64,000 bases of DNA from Eledone cirrhosa (taxonomy: Eukaryota). The stretch spans positions 246,884,001 to 246,948,000 of the forward strand of contig OZ024742.1 in NCBI GenBank assembly GCA_964016885.1. Reading direction: 5' to 3'. Position 1 is the first letter of the stretch, and each line of letters begins with the position of its first letter. Below the pieces are notes generated by a model. The model was not told where the DNA came from, did not search any database, and saw only the letters and a program-made list of their open reading frames with translations. The position numbers and the translations under genes were made by a program. Positions 1 to 17,580 of this stretch are shown piece by piece.

Positions 1-274
1 TCAGTGATGCATCTGGACTATCACAGTGATGAAATTTACTACGGACATAACACAATAACACCCGTGTCTGAAAGAACCCGCAGAAGTAGAATCAGCCAGA
101 TCCATACAAGGACCATGACTCGAGCTACATGACGGCGAAACATTTGTAACAGGAAATAAACTAAGTCCAGATGCATCACTGATTTTTCGTTTTGTTTATA
201 GTATATACACTCTACTCTGATGAATATCGGGTGCTAATTTTGGCATACCGCCTACGGAAGCACCATAGCTACCA

Positions 275-277
<3 letters not shown>
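1..277 (+). mobile_element. Short non-coding PLE-derived element, family A (cut by window edge), with HHR-like motif at 63-153
   Basis: Inverted repeat 1-19 vs 164-182; near-identical to 13748-13966; CGTGT-CTGAAAGA...GAAAC-ATTT-GTA motif. Confidence 0.7.
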
Positions 278-339
<62 letters not shown>

Positions 340-437
340 TAACTTCAGAAAACTTTACTGTTGAGTGCTCTAATCTATCGTAAAACTATATTCATTGATT
401 AATCAATGAACCTTGTTTAACTTTTGGTTATATATAT

Positions 438-610
438 AAAAGCTTCTACAGGACTAGAACTGTTTCATTCGTGAGGAAGCTTCCTGATGATTTCTCACGC
501 GAAAGAAACAGTTCTAGTCCTGTAGAAGCTTTTCTATATTAAACATTTATACTCTGCTATACATTGAGTACCTTACTTACTGTGGTTAACCCCGATTGAA
601 TCCGAAATAA

Positions 611-612
<2 letters not shown>
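438..612 (+). mobile_element. Palindromic HHR-bearing PLE-derived element, family B, in (TA)n
   Basis: Perfect 29-bp inverted repeat 438-466 / 505-533, unique tail to 612, TA tracts on both sides. Confidence 0.75.
477..531 (+). ncRNA. Type I hammerhead ribozyme
   Basis: Stem I AAGCTTC/GAAGCTT; core CTGATGA 484-490; stem II TTTC/GAAA; GAAA 505-508; stem III ACAG/CTGT; GTA site 522-524. Confidence 0.85.
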
Positions 613-641
<29 letters not shown>

Positions 642-644
<3 letters not shown>

Positions 645-1010
645 CATGAGTATGTGTTGGTTGTTTACCGACACCCTAGTATGCAGGTTGGAACGCGCAA
701 CGAAGTGCGCATGTTGGTTTGTTTACTCCGGAGTAATGTAAAAATAAGAAGTGTAAGTCAACAGGGTAAAATTAGCTTCGTTTATTCACAGAACTCATCA
801 GGCAGTAAGGATTTAAACAGAAAAAAACAGGAAAATATGATGTTGTAATGGACTTTACCTTGTTACTTCATTGATATGCCCAGCTCCTGGAAGCATATGC
901 TTCCAGTCTCTTAGAGGGCTAACAACACACCCAGGATCTGGACATATAAATGAATTAACAAGGTAAAATTCATTACAACATCATATTTTCCTGTTTTCTC
1001 TGTTTAAATT
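642..1010 (-). mobile_element. Palindromic PLE-like short element with degenerate HHR core
   Basis: Inverted repeat ~811-890 / 931-1009; minus-strand CTGATGA-GTT..AAC-GAAG near 775-801; TA-flanked. Confidence 0.45.
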
Positions 1011-1030
1011 ATATATATATATATATATAT

Positions 1031-1219
1031 ATAGGAACCAGTAAGACCCCGACAGCTGAGCTCAAGCCGTTTCGACGGCTAATTCTGAATTAGCCGTCGA
1101 AACGGCTTGAGCTCAGCTGTCGGGGTCTTACTGGTTCCTATTACCCACTCTACTACTTCAAGTATTGAGTACTTTGGTGCGTTATGGTCCACCTGGTTCC
1201 TTACCACATTTCCTTCGTT
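1031..1219 (+). mobile_element. Palindromic PLE-derived element, family C (3' half of HHR only)
   Basis: Perfect palindrome 1031-1141 containing GAAAC-GGCTTGAGCTCAGCT-GTC; tail to 1219; second copy at 26840-27034. Confidence 0.75.
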
Positions 1220-1235
1220 ATATATATATATATAT

Positions 1236-1287
<52 letters not shown>

Positions 1288-1289
1288 CG

Positions 1290-1510
1290 ATAGATTAACG
1301 GAGCCATAGACTCTCGCCATTCCCTGTCAATAATGTGCTCAAAGGAGAAGGAATCCTGAGCTCTTTAAAATACAATATTTTGAAAAGGTAACACACTAGA
1401 GAGAGATAGTGCGCCATCAATAAAACATGAAAAAACCAGCAGTGTATGGAATTTATAACCTATTGATGGTGTACTATCTCTCTCTAGTGTGTTACCTTTT
1501 CAACATATTG
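1290..1510 (-). mobile_element. Palindromic short element in (TA)n, no HHR core visible
   Basis: ~50-bp inverted repeat 1373-1422 / 1461-1510 with one-sided tail; same architecture as neighbours. Confidence 0.45.
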
Positions 1511-1531
1511 TGTATATATATATATATATAT

Positions 1532-1610
<79 letters not shown>

Positions 1611-1960
1611 ATGGTTCTGCGCCGTGGAATCTAAGTATTGAAGTGCCTGGTTGCATAGCAGATCATTACAGAACAAATGCAATATCCGTAAGCGTCAGTG
1701 GGTGGACAGTGTTTAGCGACTAATGTATCAAGGGGACTAATGGATCGAGGTGTAATAAGTCTAACGAATTGAGGTGCTACGCAACGACTTTGATGTCTTG
1801 AAATGTGCATAACAGGATGATATAATAAACTGATACCGTCTCTACCGATACTATATGCATATAGCCTCCACCCCAAAGGCCAGACTAACCACCCCGGCCA
1901 ACTTGAAACACTTTGTGTTTTTGTATCTCTGTATTTGTCTTGCCTATATTATATATAACT

Positions 1961-2152
1961 GTTGGTGGATTGGCAGTATCGGTAGAGCGTCGGGCGCCAT
2001 GCTTTGACACATAGAGTTACGGCCCTTGCCATTCTGAGTTCAAATCCCGCCGAGGTTAACTTGGCCTTTCATCCTTACGGGGTCGATAAAATAAAGTACC
2101 AGTAATACACTGGAATAATTGCTGGCCTTGTGCCAAAAGTAGAAACAATTAT
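1961..2152 (+). mobile_element. tRNA-derived SINE (octopus-like family 1)
   Basis: A-box-like TGGCAGTATCGG, B-box GAGTTCAAATCC, body GCCTTTCATCCTTACGGGGTCGATAAA; further copies at 39158-39722 and 45115-45560. Confidence 0.8.
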
Positions 2153-2600
2153 ATATATCTGTCTGTGTGTATATGTTTGTGTGTATGTGTGTGTGTGTGT
2201 GTGTACGTGCGCGCGTATGCATGTGCATGTGTTACATATAAATGCAAATTGGAAGACTTATTAGGGTGTGTCTGACTAGATTGCATTGCAATATTCGTTT
2301 GTTCCGGCTCTCTGTACTCTGAGGTCAAACCCCACCGAGATCAACTTTGCCGTTCCTCTATTCGGGTTCGATAAGTAATTTATCAGTCCATGTAAAGGTA
2401 GCCTTGTTGTTGCAAGATACAAGGAAATACTCATGTTAACCCTATGGATATTCAGTACAGATTATATAAGCGGGAGCTATGGTAGCCCTGTATTATATTG
2501 TGAACTGATTATAAATGAGTTCTGTTTGTCTTCGTAATACATAATTTACACACACAAGCATGTATACACTCATACACACACAAACACACAAATATATACA

Positions 2601-2641
<41 letters not shown>

Positions 2642-2644
2642 AAT

Positions 2645-3602
2645 ATATTGTTATACTTTGGGAGGGTCATGTTGCCAATAAGAAACACACGCACCAGTAG
2701 CTTTCACTCCAATTTATTATAGATAGATTAAATTATAAATTTAAACATTTATAAATTTCCGGTTGGTTGGTTGGTTCCACAACCGGACCGTTGTTCATAT
2801 ATTGTCAAAGTTCTTTCATCACACATTCTGTGACCTCTTCAGTGACTGGGGATTCTTTTCTTTGTTTTGTGCCTCTCTTTGTTCTGTCCTACGCCATCTT
2901 GTTTGTGTGTGTGTGTTGTGCTTAGTTTGCGCATGTGTTAAATCCGGGTGTCTGTGTGTGTTTTTATTTGTTTATTTATTTTTTATTTACATGTTACTGG
3001 TTGGTTGTTTGTTCTATGTGTGTGTGTTTTCATTTTATCCTTAATTGTAAGTTGTGATGTTACTATTCCATTCATGTTTTCTATTTAATTTTGGTTGGAG
3101 TTCATTTATGTTTATTGCCTCTGTGATTTGTCTAAACATTGCGCCTTTTCTGTGTGTCGATTTTATTTTTATTTCTATGTTCTCTAATTTGCCCTTATGT
3201 CCTATTTTAGTATAACAAATAAAAACACATACAGACACCCGGATGTAACACATGCGCAAACTAAACACACAACACACACAAAAACAAGATGGCGTAGGAC
3301 AGAACAAAGGAGAGGCACAAAACAAGGAAAAGAATCCCCAGTCACTAAAGAGGTCACATAATGTGTGACGAAAGAACTTTGACAATATATGAACAAGCGT
3401 CCTGTTGTGGAACCAACCAACCAACCAACCATTCGGAAATTTATAAATTTTAAAATTTATAATTTAACTTATAATAAATTTGAGTGAAAACGACTGGTGC
3501 GTGTGTTTCTTATTGGCAACATGACCCTCCCAAAGTATAACAATATCGGTTTCAACACACGTTTTCAGATAAAGAATCTTGCTAAACAAATTCAGAAACG
3601 AA
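2645..3602 (-). mobile_element. 5'-truncated and inverted PLE (family P): GIY-YIG C-terminus, pLTR with HHR (2804-2846 minus; 3341-3383 plus, mutated)
   Basis: Arms 2645-2973 / 3213-3545 inverted; both arms end in MTLPKYNNI; TA-flanked. Confidence 0.8.
3041..3205 (-). pseudogene. PLE GIY-YIG endonuclease C-terminal fragment
   Basis: RQITEAININELQPKLNRKHEWN matches the R..EA..I....P.LN end motif of PLE GIY-YIG domains; homologous to 36102-36365. Confidence 0.7.
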
Positions 3603-3607
3603 ATATG

Positions 3608-3678
<71 letters not shown>

Positions 3679-3706
3679 CTATATATGTATGTATATATAT
3701 ATATGT

Positions 3707-3860
3707 AAATGGACACACTGGAAGAGGAAGACCAAGGTTAGCGTATATTGATGCCCTAAGGACAGACATTGGTCTGTTGGAGACCCAGGACATGGCAGCG
3801 ATAATGAGGGACAGAGACCGCTGGAGAGAACTCGTCCATGGATCTCGGGAATTTTACCCG

Positions 3861-3863
<3 letters not shown>
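3707..3863 (+). mobile_element. 3' terminal fragment of an RTE-like LINE
   Basis: GRGRPRLAYIDALRTDIG...MRDRDRWRELV resembles the C-terminus of RTE-type LINE ORFs. Confidence 0.6.
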
Positions 3864-3896
<33 letters not shown>

Positions 3897-3899
3897 TTA

Positions 3900-4441
3900 G
3901 GTTTGTTGGTTCACCACTGGATAGAACTGGTCATTCCGTATGGTCAACTTGATGTAATATTATGGAGAGCTCTCGACGTAATGCAACTCACCCATCATCG
4001 TTTGTGTTGTTGGTGGTGCGAGTACGGAGTTAATTATTATAAAATAACAGGAGGCTGGACTGGTGTAAATCCTTGAAAGGTTTATTATACTATGATAATT
4101 TCAACGACCGGGTTCAGTATGAATCCGGTGACATCATCGGGTATTCAAAATATAACAAAGGAATATAATAGATAATATCCATGGGGCTGAAAATCAGAGA
4201 CAAGAGGACGACCGACTATTTAGCAGCTTCTATCTCAGTCGGCCGCCCTCAGGTAGAAGCTGCTAAATAGTCGGTCGTCGTCTTCTCTCTGATTTTCAGC
4301 CCCATGGATATTATCTATTATATTCCTTTGTTACATTTTGAATACCTGATGATGTGACCGGATTCATACTGAACCTGGTCATTGAAATGATCATAGTATA
4401 ATAAACCTTTTAAGGAATTACACCAGTCCAGCCTCCTGTTA
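3900..4441 (-). mobile_element. Palindromic HHR-bearing element, family F
   Basis: ~190-bp arms spanning 4045-4441, tail 3900-4045; HHR in both arms (4087-4144 minus with CCGATGA; 4342-4399 plus). Confidence 0.75.
4342..4399 (+). ncRNA. Type I hammerhead ribozyme, minimal palindromic stem III
   Basis: ATAC-CTGATGA-stem II TGACC/GGTCA-GAAA-TGATCA-TA-GTAT; AUA site. Confidence 0.75.
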
Positions 4442-4466
4442 TCTTATGAGAGAGCGAGAGAGAGAG

Positions 4467-4553
<87 letters not shown>

Positions 4554-4788
4554 GAGAAATAGATACACACACGCACATGTGTTTCCACAAGCAGTATCAG
4601 TTGACTAGTCCAAAACCAATAACTGACATTGCTACTAGGAAAAATAAAACTGCTCAATATTTTGAATTTATTACGGCACTATATTTGAAAGAAACATCAC
4701 TAGCACTTCACTACAATATCACCGCTGTCATGCCAATACCACAACATCAGTACAACACCGTTGCCACAATGTGATAACATATGCAAAG

Positions 4789-5229
4789 GACCACAACATC
4801 ATCACCACTAACAAGACCACAACATCATCACCACTAACAAGACCACAACATCATCACCACTAACAAGTCAGCCACGGTACAAGACCACAACATCATCACT
4901 AACAAGTCAGCCACGGTACAAGACCACAACGTCATCACTAACAAGTCAGCCACGGTACAAGACCACAACATCATCACCACTAACAAGTCAGCCACGGTAC
5001 AAGACCACAACATCATCACTAGTAACAAGTCAGCCACGGTACAAGACCACAACATCATCACTAGTAACAAGTCAGCCACGGTACAAGACCACAACATCAT
5101 CACTAGTAACAAGTCAGCCACGGTACAAGACCACAACATCATCATCACTAACAAGTCAGCCACGGTACAAGACCACAACATCATCATCACTAACAAGTCA
5201 GCCACGGTACAAGACCACAATATCATCAC
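4789..5229. repeat. 36-42 bp minisatellite (ACAAGTCAGCCACGGTACAAGACCACAACATCATCACTA)
   Basis: About 10 visible tandem units. Confidence 0.95.
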
Positions 5230-5239
5230 AACACAACAT

Positions 5240-5870
5240 ACAACCTCCCACCGCCCTACTGAGACCTCACTCTAATCACGCCCTACTGATCCCACATGCA
5301 AATACGACCTCAATGAACTTCGTCTTAATCCCACCCTGTAACACTCACACTAACCCCACCCGCAGGATCCGCATTCTAACTCCGCCCTGTGAAACTCTAG
5401 CCTGATTTCTTTCATCCACAGAACCTTCGCCCTATTCAAATTTCAGTCTAAACCCGCCATGTAAGACCACCACTCAAAATCTCCACCCCCTAGAATCCTT
5501 GTCCTATCTCCGCTGTAAGTCCCTCACACTAACCCCGCTTCTAGAACACTCACTTTAATTAGGCTCTGCGAGACACTCATACTAACTCAACCCCTAGAAC
5601 GCTCGTCCTATCTCCAGCCGTAAGACACTTACAAAAACCCCACATTTGGAACCCTCACTCAAACCCCATCCAGAAAACCCTCACCTTAACCCTCGTCCTA
5701 ACACACACCCCTAAAAAATCTCACACAAATTCTTTTTCCCCTAAAAACCCCGTCCTGACTCCGGCCTTTAAGACATCTACTCGAAGCCCAACCCTATACC
5801 CCTCGTCTTAACTCCACCCCCTAAGACCCTCATACTAACCCCGCCCTCTAAAAAACTCTCACCGTGACAA
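5240..5870. repeat. Degenerate C-rich tandem repeat
   Basis: Recurrent CCCTCACACTAACCCC and CCTCGTCCTA motifs. Confidence 0.55.
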
Positions 5871-6006
5871 TTCGCTCTCCTAAAATCCAGTAATTCTTAT
5901 TCAACCCCTCATAGAAACGTAACTTGTTCTAATTCAAACGAGAACATTCTTCTCTCTGTCTCACCTCCAAATCATTATCTTTCGTTTTTACTCTTAGTCA
6001 GTGCAA

Positions 6007-10360
<4,354 letters not shown>

Positions 10361-10664
10361 TTGTGGTTCTTATTGGTATTGCGGTTGTTATGATTCTTGC
10401 TGCTTTTGTTATTAGTGTTGCAGCTCCCCCCGCTACAGTTAATGTTGTTATTGTTTACATTATTTAACTTAAAAGATTTATCACTTCACACAACAAATAT
10501 AATTATAAAGATAGATATATCAATAGATCTACTACTGCCCCCTCCCCCTCGCCGCCATCTTCCCTTCTCTTTCACCAGTTCTTCTCCCTCCATTACACAC
10601 CTCTCACCCTCCTAAACAGCCAATCCAATCTCTCACTCACTCTCTTTCTCTCTATAGAGAAAGA

Positions 10665-10690
10665 TACATGTACATACATACATACATACA

Positions 10691-10726
<36 letters not shown>

Positions 10727-10830
10727 TATATATTTATATTTATATATATATGTATGTATATATATATATATATACATATACATAGATATATATATAACAT
10801 ATATATATATGTATATGTATATATAGAGAT

Positions 10831-10861
<31 letters not shown>

Positions 10862-10868
10862 ATGTATG

Positions 10869-10899
<31 letters not shown>

Positions 10900-10947
10900 A
10901 ACATATATATATATATGTATATTATATACATATGTATATATAGAGAT

Positions 10948-11027
<80 letters not shown>

Positions 11028-11415
11028 TATATGCATATACATGCATATACATGCACATGTGTGTGTGTGAAAATATATATGTAAATACATGTAGAAACAT
11101 GCATTAATATTTATATTTACAAAATATACACATATATAAGTATATATAAGTATATGTGTATGTATGTACGCATATATAAATATATATTTCTATATTTACA
11201 TACAGAGACAACATACATGGATATATGTATATATAGCTGACTTTATAAAGATATATACATATCAACACGTAAGCAAATATGTACATCTGTATAAGGGGTA
11301 ATTAGAGATATATTCATGTAAAATATTTGTACAATTCTATACATATATATACACTTCTATACACGCATACATCCATACAAACTCATTCGTACAAGCACGC
11401 ACAAACATATCTCTC

Positions 11416-11447
<32 letters not shown>

Positions 11448-11623
11448 AGCCTGGGTGTGTCTACGTGTGTCCATGTGTGTGTATATAAATCAACTTATCA
11501 ATATTGGTTATTTTTTAAATCCTAATATATATCAATTTCCTATTTCCATGAGATCATTATTCTATCTGCCACTCTCCCCCTATTCCTCACTTCCTGTTCC
11601 CTTTAGTTACACACACACACGTT

Positions 11624-11682
<59 letters not shown>

Positions 11683-11941
11683 AGTGCATATATATTACGT
11701 ACCATGTGTAAATAACTATATACAAAAAACATCAACAATCAATATATAGACATATGTATGTATGAATGTATGTATGTATGTACTTAGGTATATGTATGGG
11801 CGTATGTATGCAAGTTTATATGTGTGTATGTATATGCATGTAGATATCTATCTATCGATCGATCTATCTATCTGTTTATCTCAGTCTTTATATATATATA
11901 TATATCAGTCTTTATATATATATATATCTCAGTCTTTATAT

Positions 11942-12040
<99 letters not shown>

Positions 12041-12043
12041 AGT

Positions 12044-12080
<37 letters not shown>

Positions 12081-12086
12081 AGTCTT

Positions 12087-12165
<79 letters not shown>

Positions 12166-12202
12166 GTATATATAGATGCACATACACACACACTCACACA
12201 CT

Positions 12203-12247
<45 letters not shown>

Positions 12248-12462
12248 ATATATATATACAGAGATATATATTTACATATACACCGACTACGCATTATTTT
12301 TTTCAGTCAGGAATCACTCAATGTATTGTAGTATTGATTACACAACTTTCTTGTGTTTCTTCCTATTGAGGCATCATATGGTTGTGAGTGTATGTCCGTG
12401 TGTCCATTGTGTCTGTATGCCTATGTAAGTAAGTGAATAATATATATATATATGTACTTCTG

Positions 12463-12501
<39 letters not shown>

Positions 12502-12566
12502 TTGTATACATATATATATACTTGTATACATATATATATACTTGTGTATATATATTTATACTTGTG

Positions 12567-12607
<41 letters not shown>

Positions 12608-12630
12608 TTGTATACATATATATATATACT

Positions 12631-12683
<53 letters not shown>

Positions 12684-12708
12684 TTGTGTATATATATTTA
12701 TACTTGTG

Positions 12709-12780
<72 letters not shown>
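10665..12780. repeat. Compound (TA)n/(TACA)n microsatellite region
   Basis: Direct inspection. Confidence 0.9.
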
Positions 12781-12842
12781 TGATCAATCTCGTGGATGTT
12801 GTAGTTGTGTATAAGATATGTACGTATGTATATAAATGTGTG

Positions 12843-13158
12843 AAGGTTCGTGGCTTTGTGGTTAGGGTATTTGTCACACAATCGTAAAATCGTGAGTTCG
12901 ATTCCCGGCGGCGCGTTGGGTCCTTCAGCAAGACACTTTAGTTCACGTTGTTCCAGCTGGTACAAATGAGTTGTGCTTGTAGTTCAATGGGTCAGCCTTA
13001 TCGCATACTGTGTCCCGTTGAATCTCCCTGAGGACTATGGTTAGCGTACACGTATCGGTGGAATGCTCATCCACAAGCACGTTAATTTCACGAACAGGCT
13101 TTTCCGTTGTTCGGATCAACCAGAACATTTGTCGTCGTAACCGACGGAGTACCCTTTT

Positions 13159-13162
<4 letters not shown>
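12843..13162 (+). mobile_element. tRNA-derived SINE (family 2, CORE-like body)
   Basis: TGGCTTTGTGG A-box, GAGTTCGATTCC B-box, GTCCTTCAGCAAGACACTTTA body. Confidence 0.75.
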
Positions 13163-13229
<67 letters not shown>

Positions 13230-13231
<2 letters not shown>

Positions 13232-13510
13232 ACATAGGAAACGGAGAATCAGTGGTGCGACGAATAAGATTTATTAGACATATTACAATCGTTTCTCTGG
13301 CGACCAGCTCGAGGCACGATCGATGCAATGATCAAACCTGAAGCTGAAATCGCAAGATCCTCAGATATGTCTCTATTCTACGAGACAGAGTTTCCAAAAT
13401 CGCACCATTGACTCTCCGTTTCCTATGTGATATTATACTCTGCTCTGTAAGAGCATCGAGTGCTCAAACGGCCTACCGCTTACGGACGCTTTAAGCATCC
13501 CACACCAATT
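13230..13510 (+). mobile_element. Palindromic PLE-derived element, family G
   Basis: Inverted repeat 13230-13260 / 13400-13430, tail with ACTC..GAGT hairpin, TA-flanked. Confidence 0.75.
13276..13372 (-). ncRNA. Type I hammerhead ribozyme with extended stem II
   Basis: Minus strand: 8-bp stem I AGACATAT/ATATGTCT, CTGAGGA, stem II TCTTGCGA/TCGCCAGA, GAAAC-GATT-GTA. Confidence 0.85.
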
Positions 13511-13540
13511 ATATATATATATTTATATATATATATATAT

Positions 13541-13972
13541 AGTATAAACAAAACGAAAAATCAGTGATGCATCTGGACTTAATTTATTGCGTGTTACAAT
13601 TGTTTCACCACCAGGTAGCTCGAGACATGGTCCCTGTATGGATCTGGCTGATTCTACTTCTTCGGGTCCTTTCAGACACGGGTGTTTCGTCTGGAGCAAA
13701 TTTTATGAGTGATAAAATTTATGAGTGATAAAATTTGCTCCAGACGAAACACCCGTGTCTGAAAGAACCCGCAGAAGTAGAATCAGCCAGATCCATACAG
13801 GGACCATGACTCGAGCTACCTTCCGGCGAAACAATTGCAACACGCAATAAATTAAGTCCAGATGCATCACTGATTTTTCGTTTTCTCTATACTATCTACA
13901 CTCTACTCTGCTGAATATCGAGTGCTAATTTTGGCATACCGCCTATGGAAGCACCATAGCTACCATTATACA

Positions 13973-13976
<4 letters not shown>
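13541..13976 (+). mobile_element. Palindromic element, family A, with HHR-like motifs at 13590-13680 (-) and 13754-13844 (+)
   Basis: ~165-bp inverted arms; stem I CGTGT/ACACG; GAAAC-AATT-GTA (GCA in plus arm); core CTGAAAGRA. Confidence 0.75.
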
Positions 13977-14033
<57 letters not shown>

Positions 14034-14424
14034 TAAAGAGTTAAACAAGATTCAATGAATTCATCAAAGAATGAGTTTTACAGTATATTGGAAGCACCCT
14101 ACAAAAAATAATTTTATTAATATTAAAATACAAATATTAATAAAATAGATGTTCTTTTGATCAATTAAATTTTATTATACATATTTCAGAGGTACAACAG
14201 TACGTCCTCATCAGACAAAATACAATGATACATGACATACCCTGAGATGTTATATGGTTAAGATTTACTACCTTGATTAAATCTTAACCATTTAACATCT
14301 CAGGGTATGTCATGTATCATTATATTTTGTCTGATGAGGACGTACTGTTATACCTCTGAAATATGTATAATAAAATTTAATTGATCAAAAGAACATCTAT
14401 TTTATTAATATTTGTATTTTAATA
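14034..14424 (-). mobile_element. Palindromic HHR-bearing element, family H
   Basis: ~150-bp arms spanning 14119-14424; tail 14034-14118 related to 350-425; HHR in both arms. Confidence 0.75.
14324..14376 (+). ncRNA. Type I hammerhead ribozyme (antisense twin at 14169-14221)
   Basis: ATTTTGT-CTGATGA-GGA..TCT-GAAA-TATGTA-TA-ATAAAAT. Confidence 0.75.
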
Positions 14425-14462
14425 TATATATATATATATATATGAACATACACACACTGACA

Positions 14463-14531
<69 letters not shown>

Positions 14532-14545
14532 GAGTGTGAGCATGT

Positions 14546-14870
14546 GAAGGCGCATGGTTTTGTGGTTAGAGCATTGACCTTGCAATTGGGAGGTGGTGAA
14601 TTCGATTCTCGGATCGGGTGATGCTTTATTTCACGTTGTTCCATCTTATTCAGCTTTAGAAATGAGATGCTACAGCACTGGTGCCAAGCTGTATAGGCTA
14701 ATGCCTTTCCCTTGGACAACATCGGTGGCATGGAGAGGGACAGCTGGTATGCGTGGGCGACTGCTGGTCTTCCACAAACAACCTTACCCGGACTTGTGCC
14801 TGGGAGGGGAACTACGTTCTAAGTGCAAATCCCATGGTCATTCGTGATCGAAGGGGCCCTCCATTATTTA
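14546..14870 (+). mobile_element. tRNA-derived SINE (head related to family 2, different tail)
   Basis: GAAGGCGCATGGTTTTGTGGTTAGAGC head, GAATTCGATTC B-box-like, CTTTATTTCACGTTGTTCCA body. Confidence 0.7.
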
Positions 14871-15779
14871 CTCCCCCCCCCACACACACAGAGACACATA
14901 TGTATATATGTCTGTGTGTATGTGCGTGTGAACGATTATGTGCATGTTTTATTTATATATGTGTGTATAAACGTGTGCGCTTGGATAAAACATCTTTTTA
15001 TAGAGGCATTTTGTGATTTTGTGTTCTTAGCATAGTAGTGTGTATATGTGAATGTGTGAATATGTGAATAAATATGAGTGAGTGTGTATGTCTGTATATA
15101 TGTGTATGAGTGTGAGTCAATGTGAACATGTATGTGTGAGGTATCTTGTTATGGTTGTTTATGTTCAAGCCAATGTTTTTTGGTACCTTCTGTGTTCAAA
15201 TTCCGCCTCTTGCCAAATGTTGCCACCGGCAGATAGAAGAGAAATGGAAAAACTAATGGAAACATTGCTTCCTAGGTTCGATTCAATGATCAATCCTATA
15301 TTTGGCCAGAATTTGCGACAGACAGCTCGTATGAACAATGGATAGAGCGATGGAAATATTGTTTCCTTGGTCCAATCTGACGACCAAAAGCTTTCTTCTG
15401 ACAGGAACTGCGACAGATAGATAGTCACAGAAATGGAAAAACCAATGGAAATATTACTTATTCAGTCTGATTTGAACCTCAGCACCTTTCTTCTGTCAGG
15501 CGTGGCAGCAGACAGATAGTATCAACAACGGAAATACCAATCGAAACAGTGTTTCCTCGGTCCGAGCTGATGATCAATTCCTTTCTTTTTATTTTACAAT
15601 GAACCCCTTTCTCTGAAAAGCAATATAATAGAGTATAACAGAAATATCACCGAGATCGACCACGAGATCAATGATCAATTTTATTTAGTTCAGATTAACA
15701 TAAGTAAGACACTCGTATACACAGATATAACTGTGAAACTAATGGTGTCACAATGCCCAAATACTGTACTGTTATGTAC

Positions 15780-17086
15780 ACCACCACTACACCACTCACA
15801 CAATACCACCACCACCACCATATCACACCACCACACTACACCAGCATAGCACGCTGTTACATGACACTACCCAAACACTTGCACCACTACTAAACCACCA
15901 CCTCTACACCAAAACCACTACACTGCCACCATTACTTGACCGCACCTCACCAGCACCATACGCGACCATCAACCACATCACTACTACCAGCACCACCACC
16001 ACCACCACCGGCACCACCGGCACCACCACTACAGCACCGCCACCACCACTACGGCACCTCACCAGCACCATACGCGACCATCAACCACATTACTACCACC
16101 AGCACCAGCACCACCACCAGCACCACCACCACCACCACCACTACAGCACCACCACCACCACCACCACCACCAGCACACCTCTCCGTACACTCCAACTAAT
16201 TCCGAACATTTCAATTACATTTCTGGACAATCTTCTCATCTCAAGTGTCGGCTTCTTAGCTTTCATCCCTCTAAATCTACCACATACACACATACACACA
16301 TTTACACATACACACACATACACACATACACATACACACATTTACACATACACACACATACACACATACACATACACACATTTACACATACACACACATA
16401 CACATACACACATTTACACATAGACACACATACACACATACACACACACATACACATACACACATTTACACATACACACACATACGCACACATACACATA
16501 CACGTATTTACACATACACACACATACACACACATACACATACACACTTTTACACATACACACACACATACACACACAGACATTTACACATGCACACACA
16601 TACGCACACATACACATACACACATTACACTTAGACACACATACACACACACATACATATACACACATTTACACATACACACACGCATATACATTTACAC
16701 ATATACGCACACACACACATATATATACCAACACACATTTACACATACTCACACACATATTTACACATATACACACATACACACGCTTATGCGTTTACAC
16801 ATACACACGTTTACACATACCCACACATTCACATACACATACACATACATACACACAAACACTAACACGCACATACACGCACTAACATACTCACGTACTC
16901 CCTAATACACATGTACACACACATACACACTCACATATATATACACTGGTGACCTTCACACACATATATGCTTACACACACATATATATATAGATATATA
17001 GATATACATACATCAACCTCACATACATACACAGACACCTACATATACACCCGCGTAATTATACACCGATGCAGATATACATATAT

Positions 17087-17125
<39 letters not shown>

Positions 17126-17421
17126 TATACACGCTCATACAAACGCACTAAAATCACCATCACCACCAGCACCACCACCTCCACCTCCACCACCACCACC
17201 ACTACCACCACCAGCACTACCACCACTACCACCACCACCAGCACCACCACCACCACCATCACCACCACCACCACCACCACCACCACCAGCAGCACTACCT
17301 CCACCACCACCACCACCACCACCACCACCAGCAGCACTACCTCCACCACCACCACCACCACCACCACCACGAGCACTACCTCCACCACCACCACCACCAA
17401 CACCACCACCACCAGCACTAC

Positions 17422-17452
<31 letters not shown>

Positions 17453-17526
17453 ACCACCACCACCAGCACTATCTCCACTACCATCACCACCACCACCACC
17501 ACCACCTCCACTACCACCAGCACTAT

Positions 17527-17557
<31 letters not shown>

Positions 17558-17580
17558 ACCACCACCACCGCCGCCGCACA
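15780..17580. repeat. (CAC)n and (CA/CATA)n low-complexity tracts
   Basis: Direct inspection; explains the poly-T/G/V ORFs. Confidence 0.9.

Noticed and set aside
217-223. CTGATGA in the family A tail
   Set aside because: The other copy reads CTGCTGA, it lies in the ACTC hairpin, and no GAAA or stems follow.
1961-2060. tRNA gene (likewise 12843, 14546, 39358)
   Set aside because: A/B boxes run into a multi-copy SINE body; no complete cloverleaf.
4789-5229. 36-42 bp repeats resembling a CRISPR array
   Set aside because: Units are contiguous with no unique spacers, and the context is eukaryotic.
10633-12965. YIYI/CVCV ORFs here and throughout the window
   Set aside because: Translations of (TA)n, (TG)n and (GA)n microsatellites.
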